In this document: positions 25,758 through 37,354 of the stretch, piece by piece
How the letters are laid out: each line of letters opens with the position of its first letter
How positions within the stretch are numbered: position 1 is the first letter of the stretch
Assembly: GCA_965153455.1 (NCBI GenBank)
Contig: OZ234494.1
Location: 7,688,001 to 7,752,000, forward strand
Direction of reading: 5' to 3'
Source: Sphagnum compactum
Lineage: Eukaryota
DNA: 64,000 nucleotides
Position numbers and translations under genes: made by a program
The notes under the pieces: model-generated
Databases searched by the model: none
Told to the model about the DNA's origin: nothing
What the model saw: only the letters and a program-made list of their open reading frames with translations

Positions 25758-28700
25758 TCAATCATTAGAAAAATTGAGAAAGTACAAGGGGGGGAGCAGG
25801 CGCCACGAAATGGCAGCCTCGCCCTCCCTAAAGATGTGGCCGTGAAGCCATTCAGCCTTAAAGGCAAGCTCAATGCTATTCTGATTGTCCTGAGTCCTAT
25901 TCTGGCTCGAAGATCTAATGGCCTTCCAGGAGGCCATGCCCACCTCCGCCGTAGCTTCCCACGACTGGAGCAAAACTCTTTTGAGGGAGTACTGGCCATC
26001 AAAGTGCCTTCGGCATCTTTCAGACCAGAGATAATAGAGCAGAAAGCTCCTAAGAATGTCGAGAGGTTGTCTCCGGTAGGAGAAGCCACCCGGGTGGTAG
26101 CGATGAAGGTCCGGGGGGTCGTCCTCTTCTTCGAACACGGTCTCCCTAAGGAGAACGAAGGGCCAGGTAATGGAGAGGCGATTGGGCGCCTCCCATTCGC
26201 CCCAGACGCTGAGGAATGCACTCCAAGCCTTTTGGGCCGGGGTGCATTCCATGAGGCAGTGTCGGGCAGATTCCTCGAGCCCCTGGTCGCAGCCTTTGCA
26301 GGGGGCCTGAATTCCCATGGTATGGAGCCAGGTGCCCACCGGCAGCCCGTTGTTGAGGGTCAGCCAGATGAGCGCTCCAACCTTGCGGGGACGTGCGTTG
26401 TGCCACATTCTGGCAACGATCTGGGCAACCGACGAATTGTGCAGGCCCAGGTCCTGGATGAAGGTGATGATGCTGGGGGAGTGATTTTTTTTCTGGCATT
26501 CTGGTACCCTCTGTTGGAGGAGTATCCAAAGAAGGGAGCGTCGCCCATGTTGCGCGTCGACTGCCAATGCCAATCCCCTGGGTCCCACAGGAGATCAGAG
26601 ATAAATCCAGACTCAAAAATCCAATAGATTGGTGATTTCTTACCTGGCAGGAGTAGATCCTTGGCGAGCCTGAGCGTGGCTCCATGGCCGTCTTGGGCGA
26701 GGACCCTGACAGGCTCGTACCCCTCAAGGGGGATGATGGTGCTGTGTGAGCTCGTAGCTTGAACTCGGCCAGCGCTGGACGATCTTCTGAACTCCTTGGC
26801 ACTGGCAGTGGTAAGGTTTGTATCAGTGATCTGATACACCCACTCCGGTGGGGCAGTCTGGTCAGCTTCCTTCTTGCTGACCCAATCCCCCACGAGAGGT
26901 TTACTGTTCGAGGTGGCCGGGTCCCAGGGGATACTGGCAACGATGAGGTCCCTGTTTAGTCTATTGCTGGCGTGGCAGCACATTCCGAGAGCTGAGAGGT
27001 CTTTCCAAGTTTTCGTCTCTGAGTCCCAGAAGTCGCCAACCCTGGAGTAGCCAGCGCTCGCGAGAGCGTTGCCCTCACTCCTGCCACTAAGACCTAAGGG
27101 TCTGCTGTCCTGGTTTGTTATGAGAGGATTGCCAAACACCGATTGTCTGAGCACTTCGGCAGCGTTGGTCGGCTCCGACTTGCATAAACCCGGTCTGACA
27201 TTCATCCAAGCACTAAGGATGCTCTTCCACAGAGAGGTCGACGGTCTCTTGAGCTTAGTGGCTGCAAACAGCCAATTGATGTCTTGCGTGGTTGGGCCCA
27301 GCCCGTGTACCGGAAGCATAGCTTGATTGGCCTTATGCCTCAGGAGCTCCTTCCAGGGCTCTCTTCCCGGTTCAAGACCCCTGACGAGAAGCTTTGCTAA
27401 AAGAGCCTCGGACTGGGTTTTTGGGTCAATGATCCCAAGTCCTCCCTGCGAGGTCGGGAGGACGAGGGTCTCCCACTTGACCTTGGCTCTCGCGTTAGAG
27501 GCTTTTCCGCTCCAAATAAAGTTCCTCATTACACCTCGGACCTAGCAGCACATCCTGGGGTTCGGGTTCCAGGAGGCCGCCAAGTACCACATGGAGGCGA
27601 GGAGTACCTGGTTCGCCACCAGGATTCTCCTGGCTAGTGAGAGGCGGCAAGTACTCCAGTTTATTAGCTTGCTTTTGAGGGCGGACAACAACTTGTCGAA
27701 GTTGGCTTCAGGGCGGAGATGGAATCCCACCTGGATTCCCAGATATCTTATCCCTTTGCCTTCCGGGATCCATTGGAGTCCCACTTCCTGGCCCCACTCC
27801 CACTCTTTGCTTTTTTTGTTGGCCCAGATCGCGGCCGTCTTGTGCCAGTTTATTTTTGCTCCCGACGCTCTACAGAAGATGTCCAGGACTTTTTGCGTCC
27901 TTTCCATGTTCTCGCGCGTTCCTTGCAGGTAGAGTGCGGTGTCGTCCGCAAAAGTTTGGTCCGTTATTTTTCCTCCTCCCGGGAGAGCCAGACCTTTTAC
28001 TCCGAAACGGTGGTCATCGAGCATGTGCCCGAGGACGTCCGTTGCCAGAATGAAGAGATAGGGTGAGAGCGGGCACCCCTGTCTCATTGATCTGCCGAGT
28101 GGGAAGGTGCTCCCCTCCACTCCATTTAGCTTGATGGCCGACGAGGCTGACTTGTATAGCGAGCTCACCCACCGGATCCATTGTGGGCAGAACCCGAGCT
28201 TTGCCAGGGCTTCAAAGAGGAAACTCCACTCGATCCTATCGAAGGCCTTCTCAAAGTCCAGGAGTAAGACGACTAAGTCCTGGTTGCTCTCCTCTGCCCA
28301 GTCCTGGGCTTCTTGTGCCAGGAAGGTGTTGTCGAGAATGCACCTCCCCTCTACAAAGCCAGTCTGGCTGGGCCTTATTATACCCGGGAGAAAGGTCTGA
28401 AGCCGCTTGGCTAGTGTTTTGGCCAAGATCTTGTATAAACTGCCCAGCAGAGTGATTGGGCGCCAGTTTCCAATTCTGGCATGATCTCCAGATTTGGGGA
28501 TCATAATGATGAGCCCTTTGTTGATCAGCTCTGAGGTTTCCCTGGTTCTGAGCATCGCTGAGAACGCTTGGAGCAATGTTGGAGAAACTTCACTCATGAA
28601 TTCCTGAAAGAATTCCGTCAGGATGCCGTCGCATCCTGGCGCTTTGTCCTTTGGCATCGCCAGGATGGCCTCCTGGATCTCCTTCAGGGTGAGCTTTTGA

Positions 28701-30115
28701 GTCAGCTCCTTGTTTGTTTCGTTAGAGACCCGAGTCGGGGTGCTGGCCCAACAAACCTTTCGGGCTTCGTGGGTGCCGGGGGCGTTTGCCTCCGAGGTGT
28801 AAAGGTGCGTGTAAAAGGAGCGAATGTAGTGGGCCAGGTCCTCCTGGCCTCTGACCTCTCCGTCTTCGGTTGACAGCTCCTTTAGGAGTGTTCTTTTCCT
28901 TCCAATTCGGTGGAAGTCGAAGAAGCGCTTTGAGCACGTGTCACCATACCTGAACCAGGTGGCGGCGCTGAGTTGGTGGTTTCGCACCACTTGCTCTTGC
29001 AGGGAGTCCGTTAGGTGGCCCTGTGCCACTGAGAGGATGTCTCGGACGGGCTCGTCTTCCGGGTTGCTCTGCAATTGGATCTCCGCCAGGCGAATTTTGT
29101 GTTGCAGTTCTCTGATTCAAGTCCCTTTTGCTCGTCTCGTCTCTTTCACTAGTCTGCCATTGCAAATGAGTACCCTGCTGGTGGCTGCCTCCAACCAGTC
29201 GGGCCAGTCTGTATCAAGGCTGGGTGGAGGTTGGGTGCCTCTCCATGCCTCTAGGAGGGCAGTTCTGCTCCTGTCCTCTTTCAGCAGGGCTGTATCAAAG
29301 TACGTGGCAGTAGTGGGCGGAGCGGAGGAGCGCCCCCAGATCGTTATGATGAGGGGGGAGTGATCGGATATTTTCCTCATGGATGGGGCAGCTTCTATTC
29401 TTCCTCCCCTGGCATCTAGTTCTTGTGAGACAAGGAACTTGTCGATCCTGGAGACAGCCGACCCCTGGCCCTTCCTCCCATTGTCAAAGGTGTACTCTTT
29501 TTTTGACATTTTCCTGAAGCTGTCCAGGGTCCAGGCGTCTATGAGGCCATACTGTAAGGTTAGGTGGTGCCAGGAGGCTGCCTCTCTTCTATGCATCCTC
29601 CTTGGCCCTGCCTCACCTCTGACCTCCTCCTCTTCCATGTGGTTGAAGTCACCGCCAATGATGACATGGTCTGCTGTGAAATTGGCCTCCCCGATTTTTT
29701 TCCACAGAGTGGCTCTGTCTCTGGATGCCCTCGGTGCATAAGTGTTGATGATGGACAGCTCAGTGCTGTCGGGGAGGTGGAGGGTCAAGTATTGTGCCCT
29801 TCCCTCTGTTATGATCCCGTCTTCCTTGATGAGTGGAGCCGTCATCCTGTCCATCAGGATGGCGGTCCCGGCACTGGTGCGCTGGGAATTCCCCATTGGA
29901 ATTCCGGGGTTCCAGAAGGCTCCCCCTTGCCAGAACTCCAGCCCTTTCGTTGAGTTGGTTACCCCTTGCTCGTCCAGGTGGTGTTCCTGGATGAGTAGTA
30001 TCTGGGGCGGGTTTTGGAGGGAGGACAACCAAGTCTTGATAAGCTTCTGTTTGGTCGAGTTCCTCCCTAGTCCTCTAACGTTGAGGGAGACGATTGTGAG
30101 AGGTCGTTCAGACAT
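25758..30115 (-). pseudogene. LINE ORF2 (~1450 codons): APE endonuclease, reverse transcriptase, C-terminal zf-RVT
   Basis: APE motifs SLNVRGL, LIQEHH, GGDFN, SRIDKF, ISDHSP. RT motifs KAPGCDG, NWRPITLL, DFEKAFDRI, RQGCPLSPYLF, FADD, YLGI. C-terminal CKGC..EESARHCLMEC. Broken by in-frame TGA (29117-29119), TAG (27542-27544) and a frameshift in an A8 run (26485-26492). Confidence 0.95.
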
Positions 30116-33012
30116 GTGTTGGGAGCGCTAGGGCGGCCTGCTGGCCGATCGATCCCAATCCTTCATATTCGCTTTGAAGAGAGGTTGCCAGGTCCTGAGG
30201 CGCCAGCGCTAAGAGGTCGAACTTAATGGTTTGAGCGGACTCTTGATCTCCCTGACCGGTGACCTCCACGGTCTGTGGGGCCTGGAAGAGGCCTGCTGAG
30301 TTCGAGGGCACCAGGGTCAAGAGGTCGAGCTTGATGTACCTCTTCTTTTTTCTGGCCGCTTGTGGAGATGCCAGTAAACTAGCGGACACGCTTTTGCGCG
30401 TTTGACGATCCGTGCATGCGGGACCAGTCTTCAGCAGAAGGCTGTGTGCCGGGCCTGCGAAGACCACATCATTGTTCATGCTCGGCATAGATTCAAGCGT
30501 CCTCCAGTGGAGGTTCTTTCTTTTTTGTGCACTGATGCCACTGAGGCCAGTGCTGATGTGGGCTAGGATCGTGCATTCCCAGCCTCCCTGGGCATGGTCT
30601 TCTTGCCAGCTCCATTCCAAGGCGAGGCGCCCCTTGAGGCTTAGACTGAATCTGAGAATCTTTCCCTCGAGCTCAGTCTCGACGTTCCTGGATAGGTCCT
30701 CAAGGGCGGACGCCGGAGTCCATTCCTCTTCAGGTGCACTCATGCATCTGATGTGGAGTGGGAGGTTTGGCGGGTCGTTGCTTTTTACGTTGACCAGAAT
30801 CTCCTTCTGGTTATCCCTCTCCCTGGACAGGACCGGCCAAACTTTTGCTCTGGCATGTTCTTGTCCCGGGGGGACCGGGATGCCCAGCGAGGTAAAGAAG
30901 GAGTTGTGAACCTCTGAGCGGGTTCTCTTCCTTCTGCTTCTTGGCGTGCAGTCCTGTGTTGGGACGTGGGTTGGAGAATGGTGCTGCATACTTGGCCGAG
31001 GTGGGGTCTGTTTCGGGTCGAATCTCTTGCGACCTTGGAAGGACCAGCCCTCTTTCAAATCCTCCTGCGTTTCCATTAGAGACTCGGCTCCTGCGTTGTC
31101 ATCTCCTAGAATAGCGAAAGGGTTGGACTGAGCGGCTGGGTCCGGGGCCGAAGAGCTGGCCGGCTCTTGAATTCCAAAATTTGGTGTGTAATTCCGGATG
31201 GCGTCCAGTTTTTGTCGCCCTTCTTCTAGGAGTTCCACACAGGTCTTGGCTTCGCTGTCGGGCTGGGCTGACAGCTCAGAAGCTTCCTTCATTTCTTAAT
31301 CGGATTCCGATGTCCCTGAAGTGGCCTTCGGGCATCGATTCCGTGTTGCTGCCTCTGTGTTGGGCGGAATTGCGGAGGTACTAGTGATGTTTCTCTGAGC
31401 AGGGTGATCCGCGTGTTTGCTATCTTCCTTTTGGTTCTGAGTCACCTTGGTTAGCTCTTGATTCCTCCTCCCCTTTTGGGTTTGGGTTTGGAGTCGTTTG
31501 CTGGCCTGGGCTTGGTTCGGCTGGGGAATTCCTCCCCCCCTGGCTCCTTTCCTTCTGATCTCTTGGAGTTTGTGGGCGGATATGCTGGCGCCCCCTCCCA
31601 CGGTTTGCTCCTATTGATCGTGCAGGCCCGTGCATGATGGCCGAACCTCCTGCACTTTCTGCACTGGTTTGGCAGGCCGGAATACAAGATTCTTTGTGCC
31701 ACAGTGTCGCTGGGCTTTGATCCTTCCGCCATGGACGGAATTCGAATGAATCCGGGTAGCTTGGAGATATTCGTGAGCTCGATGGTGATCATGGGCCCCG
31801 TTGGCCTTTTGATGTAGGAGTCTTCAGCTTCTATCTCCAGGACTTCCCCGATTTTACTCGCCATGATCGTCAGGGCCCTTGTGTTCCTGAACTGCTCGTG
31901 CAGATCAGGGAATTGGACCTTGATCGCGTGTGTGAGTTGGGCTTCTGCCCCCTGCGAGCTTGAGTTGAAATTTGGGATGTAGCGAGAGAAGGAGAGGCCT
32001 AGGCCGCTCCATTCGACTGCTGCCAGTCTTCTGGTGGCCTTGGCCCCTTCCTCGTTCTCGAATAGTATTTCGAAGTATCCTCTTGTGAGGAGGGATACTG
32101 AGTTGAAAGGGGCCGGGAGATGGAGCTTGAGGCAGTCGAGCAGCGCTTTGAATGTTGCTCTGCCTCCAAGCGTTCTACCGATAACAGTTCTTCTCGCTTT
32201 CTTCGCCGCGCTTTCTTGCATCTCTACCACTAAGTCTATTGGAAAATCCGCCTCTATTTCCATGCTGTAATCTATTGGCGATGGGCCTTGGCCGCTTCCC
32301 CCTCAGGGGAAGCGGCACCTGTCCCGCTGCCTGGTTGCACGATCAGAGAATGGGGCGAGGGGGCGTTCACTGAGCTTGTCGCATTCTTTCGCAATGAGTT
32401 CCACACTCTCGGCGCTTTTGCCCTGGCCTCGGAGAGGTCGATCCTCTCCGATTGCCTGGCAGCGGCGATGTCCGAGCCCTCCGAGCTTCTTCCATGACCA
32501 ACAGATACAGAATGGACTTCTGACTTGCGGGGATGGGAAGAATCTCCTTTCGGAGGTACCTGATGGGTGTACGATCCGCCCGCACCTTCGATCTCGCTCT
32601 CCCGAGGCTTCGACGCGACGTCCAACGGAGCGATGAGCGTTGATGACCGTTGAGGAGCTTCTCCTCGAGGTCCGCCATAGCTCCTGGGTTGAAGAGCTTT
32701 CGCCTCCTTTCCTTGCTGCTGGAGTTTTGAACGATCCTGGGAGGCGATCGAAGTCGCCTGGTTCGAGCCTGCATTTCCTCCTTCCTTGCCGATCTCCTCT
32801 CCCAGAGTAGAGGCAATCAGCTTGGTTGAAGTTGCGCCGAGCTTGGGCGATGCAAAATCCAAAGAGCCGTTGGCAGTCAATGAACACTTTCTGTCCGTTG
32901 GGGAGGAAGCGTGAGCGCCACGCCCCGCTTTCCTTATCCTTCGGGAGACCTGAACGAATTCATCGAGCCCCGTGGTCTGAGGATCTGCAGTAGCAGAGCA
33001 GATTTCCATCAT
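30108..33012 (-). pseudogene. LINE ORF1 (~970 codons reconstructed): DUF4283/RRM-like region and CX2CX4HX4C zinc knuckle, with long low-complexity flanks
   Basis: Four pieces: 33012-32272, 32263-31451 (VIGRTLGGR..LTRGYFEILF..SKIGEVLEIE..YSGLPNQCRKCRRFGHHARAC), 31601-31296 and 31292-30108. They join by frameshifts in a G5 run (~32298-32302) and a G7 run (31534-31540), plus an in-frame TAA (31296-31298). The stop overlaps the ORF2 start (ATGtcTGA). Confidence 0.82.
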
Positions 33013-33379
33013 TAGAATGTGGAAGCGCTTAAGAATTGACTAAAAAAAGTAGCAATCGGACAACAAGATCATGGTTCTCTCTGATACGTGTCCAGGCAGA
33101 GAGCTCCCATCGCCCTCCTCCCTCAGCTATCACAGGGTGAACCCCTTTTCCTCACCTGAGCCCCAGGGTCTTCATAAAAGTAAAGAACCACCAAACACTG
33201 GTCTGGACCCATATATCCCAGGTTTAAAAATAGATTTCTTCACTATCTGTATTTAATGTGGTCAGATATGGAGCTTAATGGCGTATTTGCATTATCACGA
33301 CATCTCCAGAGTCCATATCGTGTTTTCTTAAAGGGTAAGTTTGAACCCCGTGCCTAATGCACAGGTGTGTTATTTCAAC

Positions 33380-34170
33380 AATGTTTGGTTCATGTTTTAG
33401 TTTTTTTTTTAAAACTTTTATCTTTTTTATTTTTTATTTTTATGTGTTTTCTGTTTTTATTATTTTTTGTATAATAAAAATAAAGTGTTTCTTTTTCACT
33501 TTTGTATTTTTGTTTATTTGGATGCAAGTTTGAAGTTTGGAGAAAGAAGACACACCTCATTCTTTTTCAAGTAGGGTTTTTTTTCATTATTATAAGTTTT
33601 ATTTTTTCTTATTTTCTACTCTTTATTTGGTTTCTTCTTATTTGTATTTTTTTTTCTTTTAAAATGATTTTACTGTATTTCCCTTTCCTTGTTTCATTTG
33701 TTTCCATTCCTTTTTTATAGTTTTTATGTTTTACTTTTTTTTTGTTTATGTTTGTTTCATGTTTTAAATTTTTCTATCTTTATTTTGTCTATCTTCATTT
33801 CTTTTCTATTTTTATGCGTTTATTTATTATTTAGTTTTTATTTTCTTTTCCAAAACAATTCTAGTTTTTCTAATATGTTTTATAATAAAAATTATTTTTG
33901 TTTGAGTAGATGCAGGTTTGAAGTTTGAGAAAAGAAGACAAACCTTTTTTTTTTTTCAAGTATGGTTTTTTTTCTCTTTCTTTTGCTCTCTGTTTTGTTT
34001 CTTATTTTTTGTCATCTATTTTTTAATTTTCTTTTAAGATTATTTTACGGTATTTTCCTTTTTTGTTTCATGTTTAAGTGTTAACAAAAAGTTTCTAATT
34101 GTTAAAGTGTTTTTCTGTTTTTATTTTTTTTCTAGTTTTTTCTCTTTTTAAATATATATTTGTTCTGTTT
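33380..34170. repeat. T-rich low-complexity tract containing a duplicated ~40-bp core
   Basis: GATGCA(A/G)GTTTGAAGTTTG..AAAGAAGACA.ACCT occurs at ~33521 and ~33908 within poly-T-rich sequence. Confidence 0.6.
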
Positions 34171-36108
34171 GGATGGATGACGGGATGAATGACGGACGGA
34201 TGGATTCAGGGGAAACTTCATTTCATCTCGACGTCCTTTACTATATGTAATTGCGACATTGTCCTTAGCAGCAATTGTGCGCCTCTACGGTCAATTGATG
34301 GCCAAAAACACATGCCTGGACACATGTACAACTTGTTATAAGTGCAGGATTGTCCTGGACAGGATTGAAACCCACAACTTCAAAGAGGTGGGACCAACCA
34401 ATGAACAGCCTACTTTCAGCCATTTACAAAAAGCGGGGTCCTAATTTGATTTTTATTTAATTTTTAGAACATTAGGTTATCCTAGTCAAACCCTGTTACA
34501 GAACTGCTTGAGGCATCTCGCTGTCGCCTGCAAAGAGCTCGTTAATTTAGGGGGCATTCAGTGTCTTTCCTTAAATGCACAAAACAAGGTAACATTGCTG
34601 TTACAGTAAATGGCAAGTTTGGCGAATGAGGAGGCTTGTTCTCTATCTTTGCAGATTCTGGGTGGGTGCCCAACCTATTCCATGAAATTTGTTTGGTGAT
34701 ATTAAAGTTATCCTTAAAGTAGCCCAAACTGGGGGTAGCGGCTCCTGGCTTTGCCAAAACTGCTGACAAAATGAGAAGTCACGATGAAAACAGTATACAG
34801 ATGAAAATCAGGGGTCCAAGCTAGTTTTCTCACCTAAACTGGTCTTCGGTAGACTTTCACCCTTAGTTTTAAATTTCCCTCACCTGCGCCTTAACTGCTG
34901 CTTATTGAATTACATCGAGCCTTGTCAGAATAAAAATCCTGCAGATACCTGAGTTGGCTCACTTTATGGATACATTCAAATTGATGATAAAACAGGGTTT
35001 TCGAAGATCAAACTAGGGGCGAAAGACAAGGCGACTTTATGGAAAAATACACTGCGTCGTATCTGCCCGGAAGTGGGTCCATCACAGGATACAAGATCTA
35101 GACAAAGGTCATGAGAGCATGTGTGGACTGAGTTGAAGAAGCTCCGACCCCAACCTGATTCTTGCAGAGATTTAACCATCATCATGCTCCTCGTCGTCAT
35201 CATGGCATATCCCAGGTCAAATGATATTATCCTTCCCCCAACAACAGTTGCCTTATTGGACATTTACGTTGATATTCTACCATATGGAAAAATAAGGTAT
35301 AAGTTAAGCTTAGGAGCTAGAGCATCGGCCCTCTTGTCCTCAGTACTATGGAGTTTTGCAATTCACACATTCTAGAGCACACTCTCCTGTCCAATTTGAA
35401 GCACTCTAAATTGACCAGGATAATAAACCTATAAACAATTCTAGTTGGAGTAGAGCAAAGGTTAAAATCAGTGTTTTCTTCCAAAAAAAATTATGTAAAA
35501 TAGAAAAAACTCAACATCAAAAAATCATTGGCTTAAATTATCTCTCTAACAAAGTGATTGTGATAAGCAGCAAAAGTTGTATTTCTTGTTCATTTTTAGT
35601 AGTTCAAAAACAAAGCCCTACTTTATATATATATTCTCATTACTTTTATATTGTGCATGTGTGCATTCCTGTGTGTGTGCAAAGAAACGTCCAGCAACCT
35701 TCAATATTTCACATATGCTTGCAAACAAATCAACTCTAATTTATACTACAACTTCCTTGCAAAATTTATGCTACTTAAAAATCAGGCGCATATCATCTTT
35801 ACCTCCATGCTAAAGGCATGTCACCATGTTACATGGTTCAATCTTTTTCATGATTTTTTTTGAGGCTGTCAGAAAAGGGGAAATCGTCATGGATGAGCAG
35901 TTTACAGATGAGTACAATCTTGTTTCTACCAATTTTTCTTTGCAGAAAAAGTGGCAATCATCCAGAGGAAGATGTAGAGGAAAAAGTGGATACACCATCT
36001 AGACGGTTATTGACACATCTAACTTATGTACCTTATGGCAGGAGTTTTATTTTCTTAAAGAGTTTATATGCATCCTTGGTTAAAGTACGTACCTATTCAC
36101 ACGGATAC

Positions 36109-36155
36109 ATGACACGTGTCATCAAAGATCGGACTGGGTATATGGCGCGTGGCAG
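36109..36155 (+). promoter_or_regulatory. Palindromic G-box/ABRE plus a CE3-like element upstream of the Gly-rich gene
   Basis: Perfect 14-bp palindrome ATGACACGTGTCAT (36109-36122, ABRE ACGTGTC on both strands), then GCGCGTGGC at ~36145-36153. A pyrimidine-rich 5' UTR-like sequence begins around 36200. Confidence 0.55.
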
Positions 36156-37354
36156 TCTCATCGTTGGAGACTCCAACTGCGATTCCCGTGTTTTGCGTGT
36201 TTTTTTCTCCTTTCGAAAGCGCACACACTCCAAACACCCTTCAACGCGGATTCTCTCCCTTCCGCTGTCTATTTACACAGTTTGATTGATCGTCGAAAGT
36301 GTGGTTTGATCATTAGCGCTCACACTTGATTAAATTTTTTGTTTACCATCTGCTGAAAAATCGCATCGCAATTCTCTTCATGCAGGTGTTGTCACATGAG
36401 CACTTGAAAGAAAATCGGACTTTTTGTTTGGTTTGGTTTGTTTTCGCACTACCAGGATCGAGATCCCCTTGTGCTCATTGTCATCTGGTATGCGAAATCT
36501 CTTGTTGCTCTCATTTGCATGCGCCAGAATAATTGACATGCGATTTTATTAGTTATCATGTGAACGATATTGTGCTCGTCTGGTCGAATCTGTGAGCTTC
36601 GTAATTTTTTTGCTTGAGATTTTTTGGAGGAGTGGGTTGCCGAATGGTCGTGCTCGCTGCATGCGTCGTTTTCAATTGCTGCTCTTGTTTTCGAACGAAA
36701 GATCCACTGAAATAGTTTCCGTCGGGGTGTCTGTGAAGTTCGCGCAGTTGGAGATTATATGTTACAATCTTTTGTTAGGCGATTGTTTGTTTGTTTTTTG
36801 CTTTTTTGAGTTCTCCGTTTGACTTCTGAGAGCGTTTTGTTTGTTTGTTTTTTCTTTTCTTCTTTCTTTGTGGGGAGAGGCGGGGGTTTCGTTTGATTTA
36901 AAGATGCACTCGCCGTCTATTTGTTACTTGCCCAGGTTTCAAGAAAACGCACACGGTCGTGAACGAATTTCGTGTCTAAGAACCAGCCGCTGATTTTTCC
37001 AGGGGACTTCGCAGCAGTAAATTCTTACGGTTTTGCACACAAGGTATGTGTATTTTTTTCCCGCTTTGTTAGAAGCTTATTGCATTCTCCACATCCGAGA
37101 AGCTGGAGGCAGTAGAGCATCAAGGGTCATGAAGTTCATGATGCTATAGGTAGATATGGTGTATTTTTGTCTTTGTAGTCGTACAAAACACAATTCTTTG
37201 AGGGTTTTTCTTCTGTGGTCACTGCAGACAACCAACAACACCTCAGTGCCTTTCTGCCTGCAGAAGGAAACACTTGTTCCATCCATCCAGCAAGATAGTA
37301 GTGATTCATACAGTTCTGGACTGCTGCATCAAGTAACCAAAAGAAGCAATCTTG

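Larger units (their letters stand above)
25717..33153 (-). mobile_element. Full-length non-LTR retrotransposon (LINE, L1/Tx1-like), ~7.4 kb, recently inserted but with disabled ORFs
   Basis: A 16-bp TSD ACCTGAGCCCCAGGGT flanks it at 25707-25722 and 33154-33169. The element is markedly GC-richer than its flanks, with sharp edges. It has a ~140-nt 5' UTR, ORF1, ORF2 (APE-RT-CCHC), a ~40-nt 3' UTR and no poly(A). Confidence 0.97.
25283..33200. repeat. GAACC-rich non-autonomous repeat (MITE-like) split in two by the LINE (host parts ~25283-25722 and 33154-33200)
   Basis: GAACC/GGTTC motifs recur across 25310-25710 and continue after the LINE (AAGAACCACCAAACACTG, 33183-33200). The ends show only weak inverted similarity (CAGATGTTGG vs CCAAACACTG) and no TSD was found. 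Confidence 0.4.

Noticed and set aside
25667-32887. Numerous 100-260 aa antisense and alternative-frame ORFs inside the LINE
   Set aside because: These are expected shadow ORFs in GC-rich coding DNA and carry no recognisable motifs.
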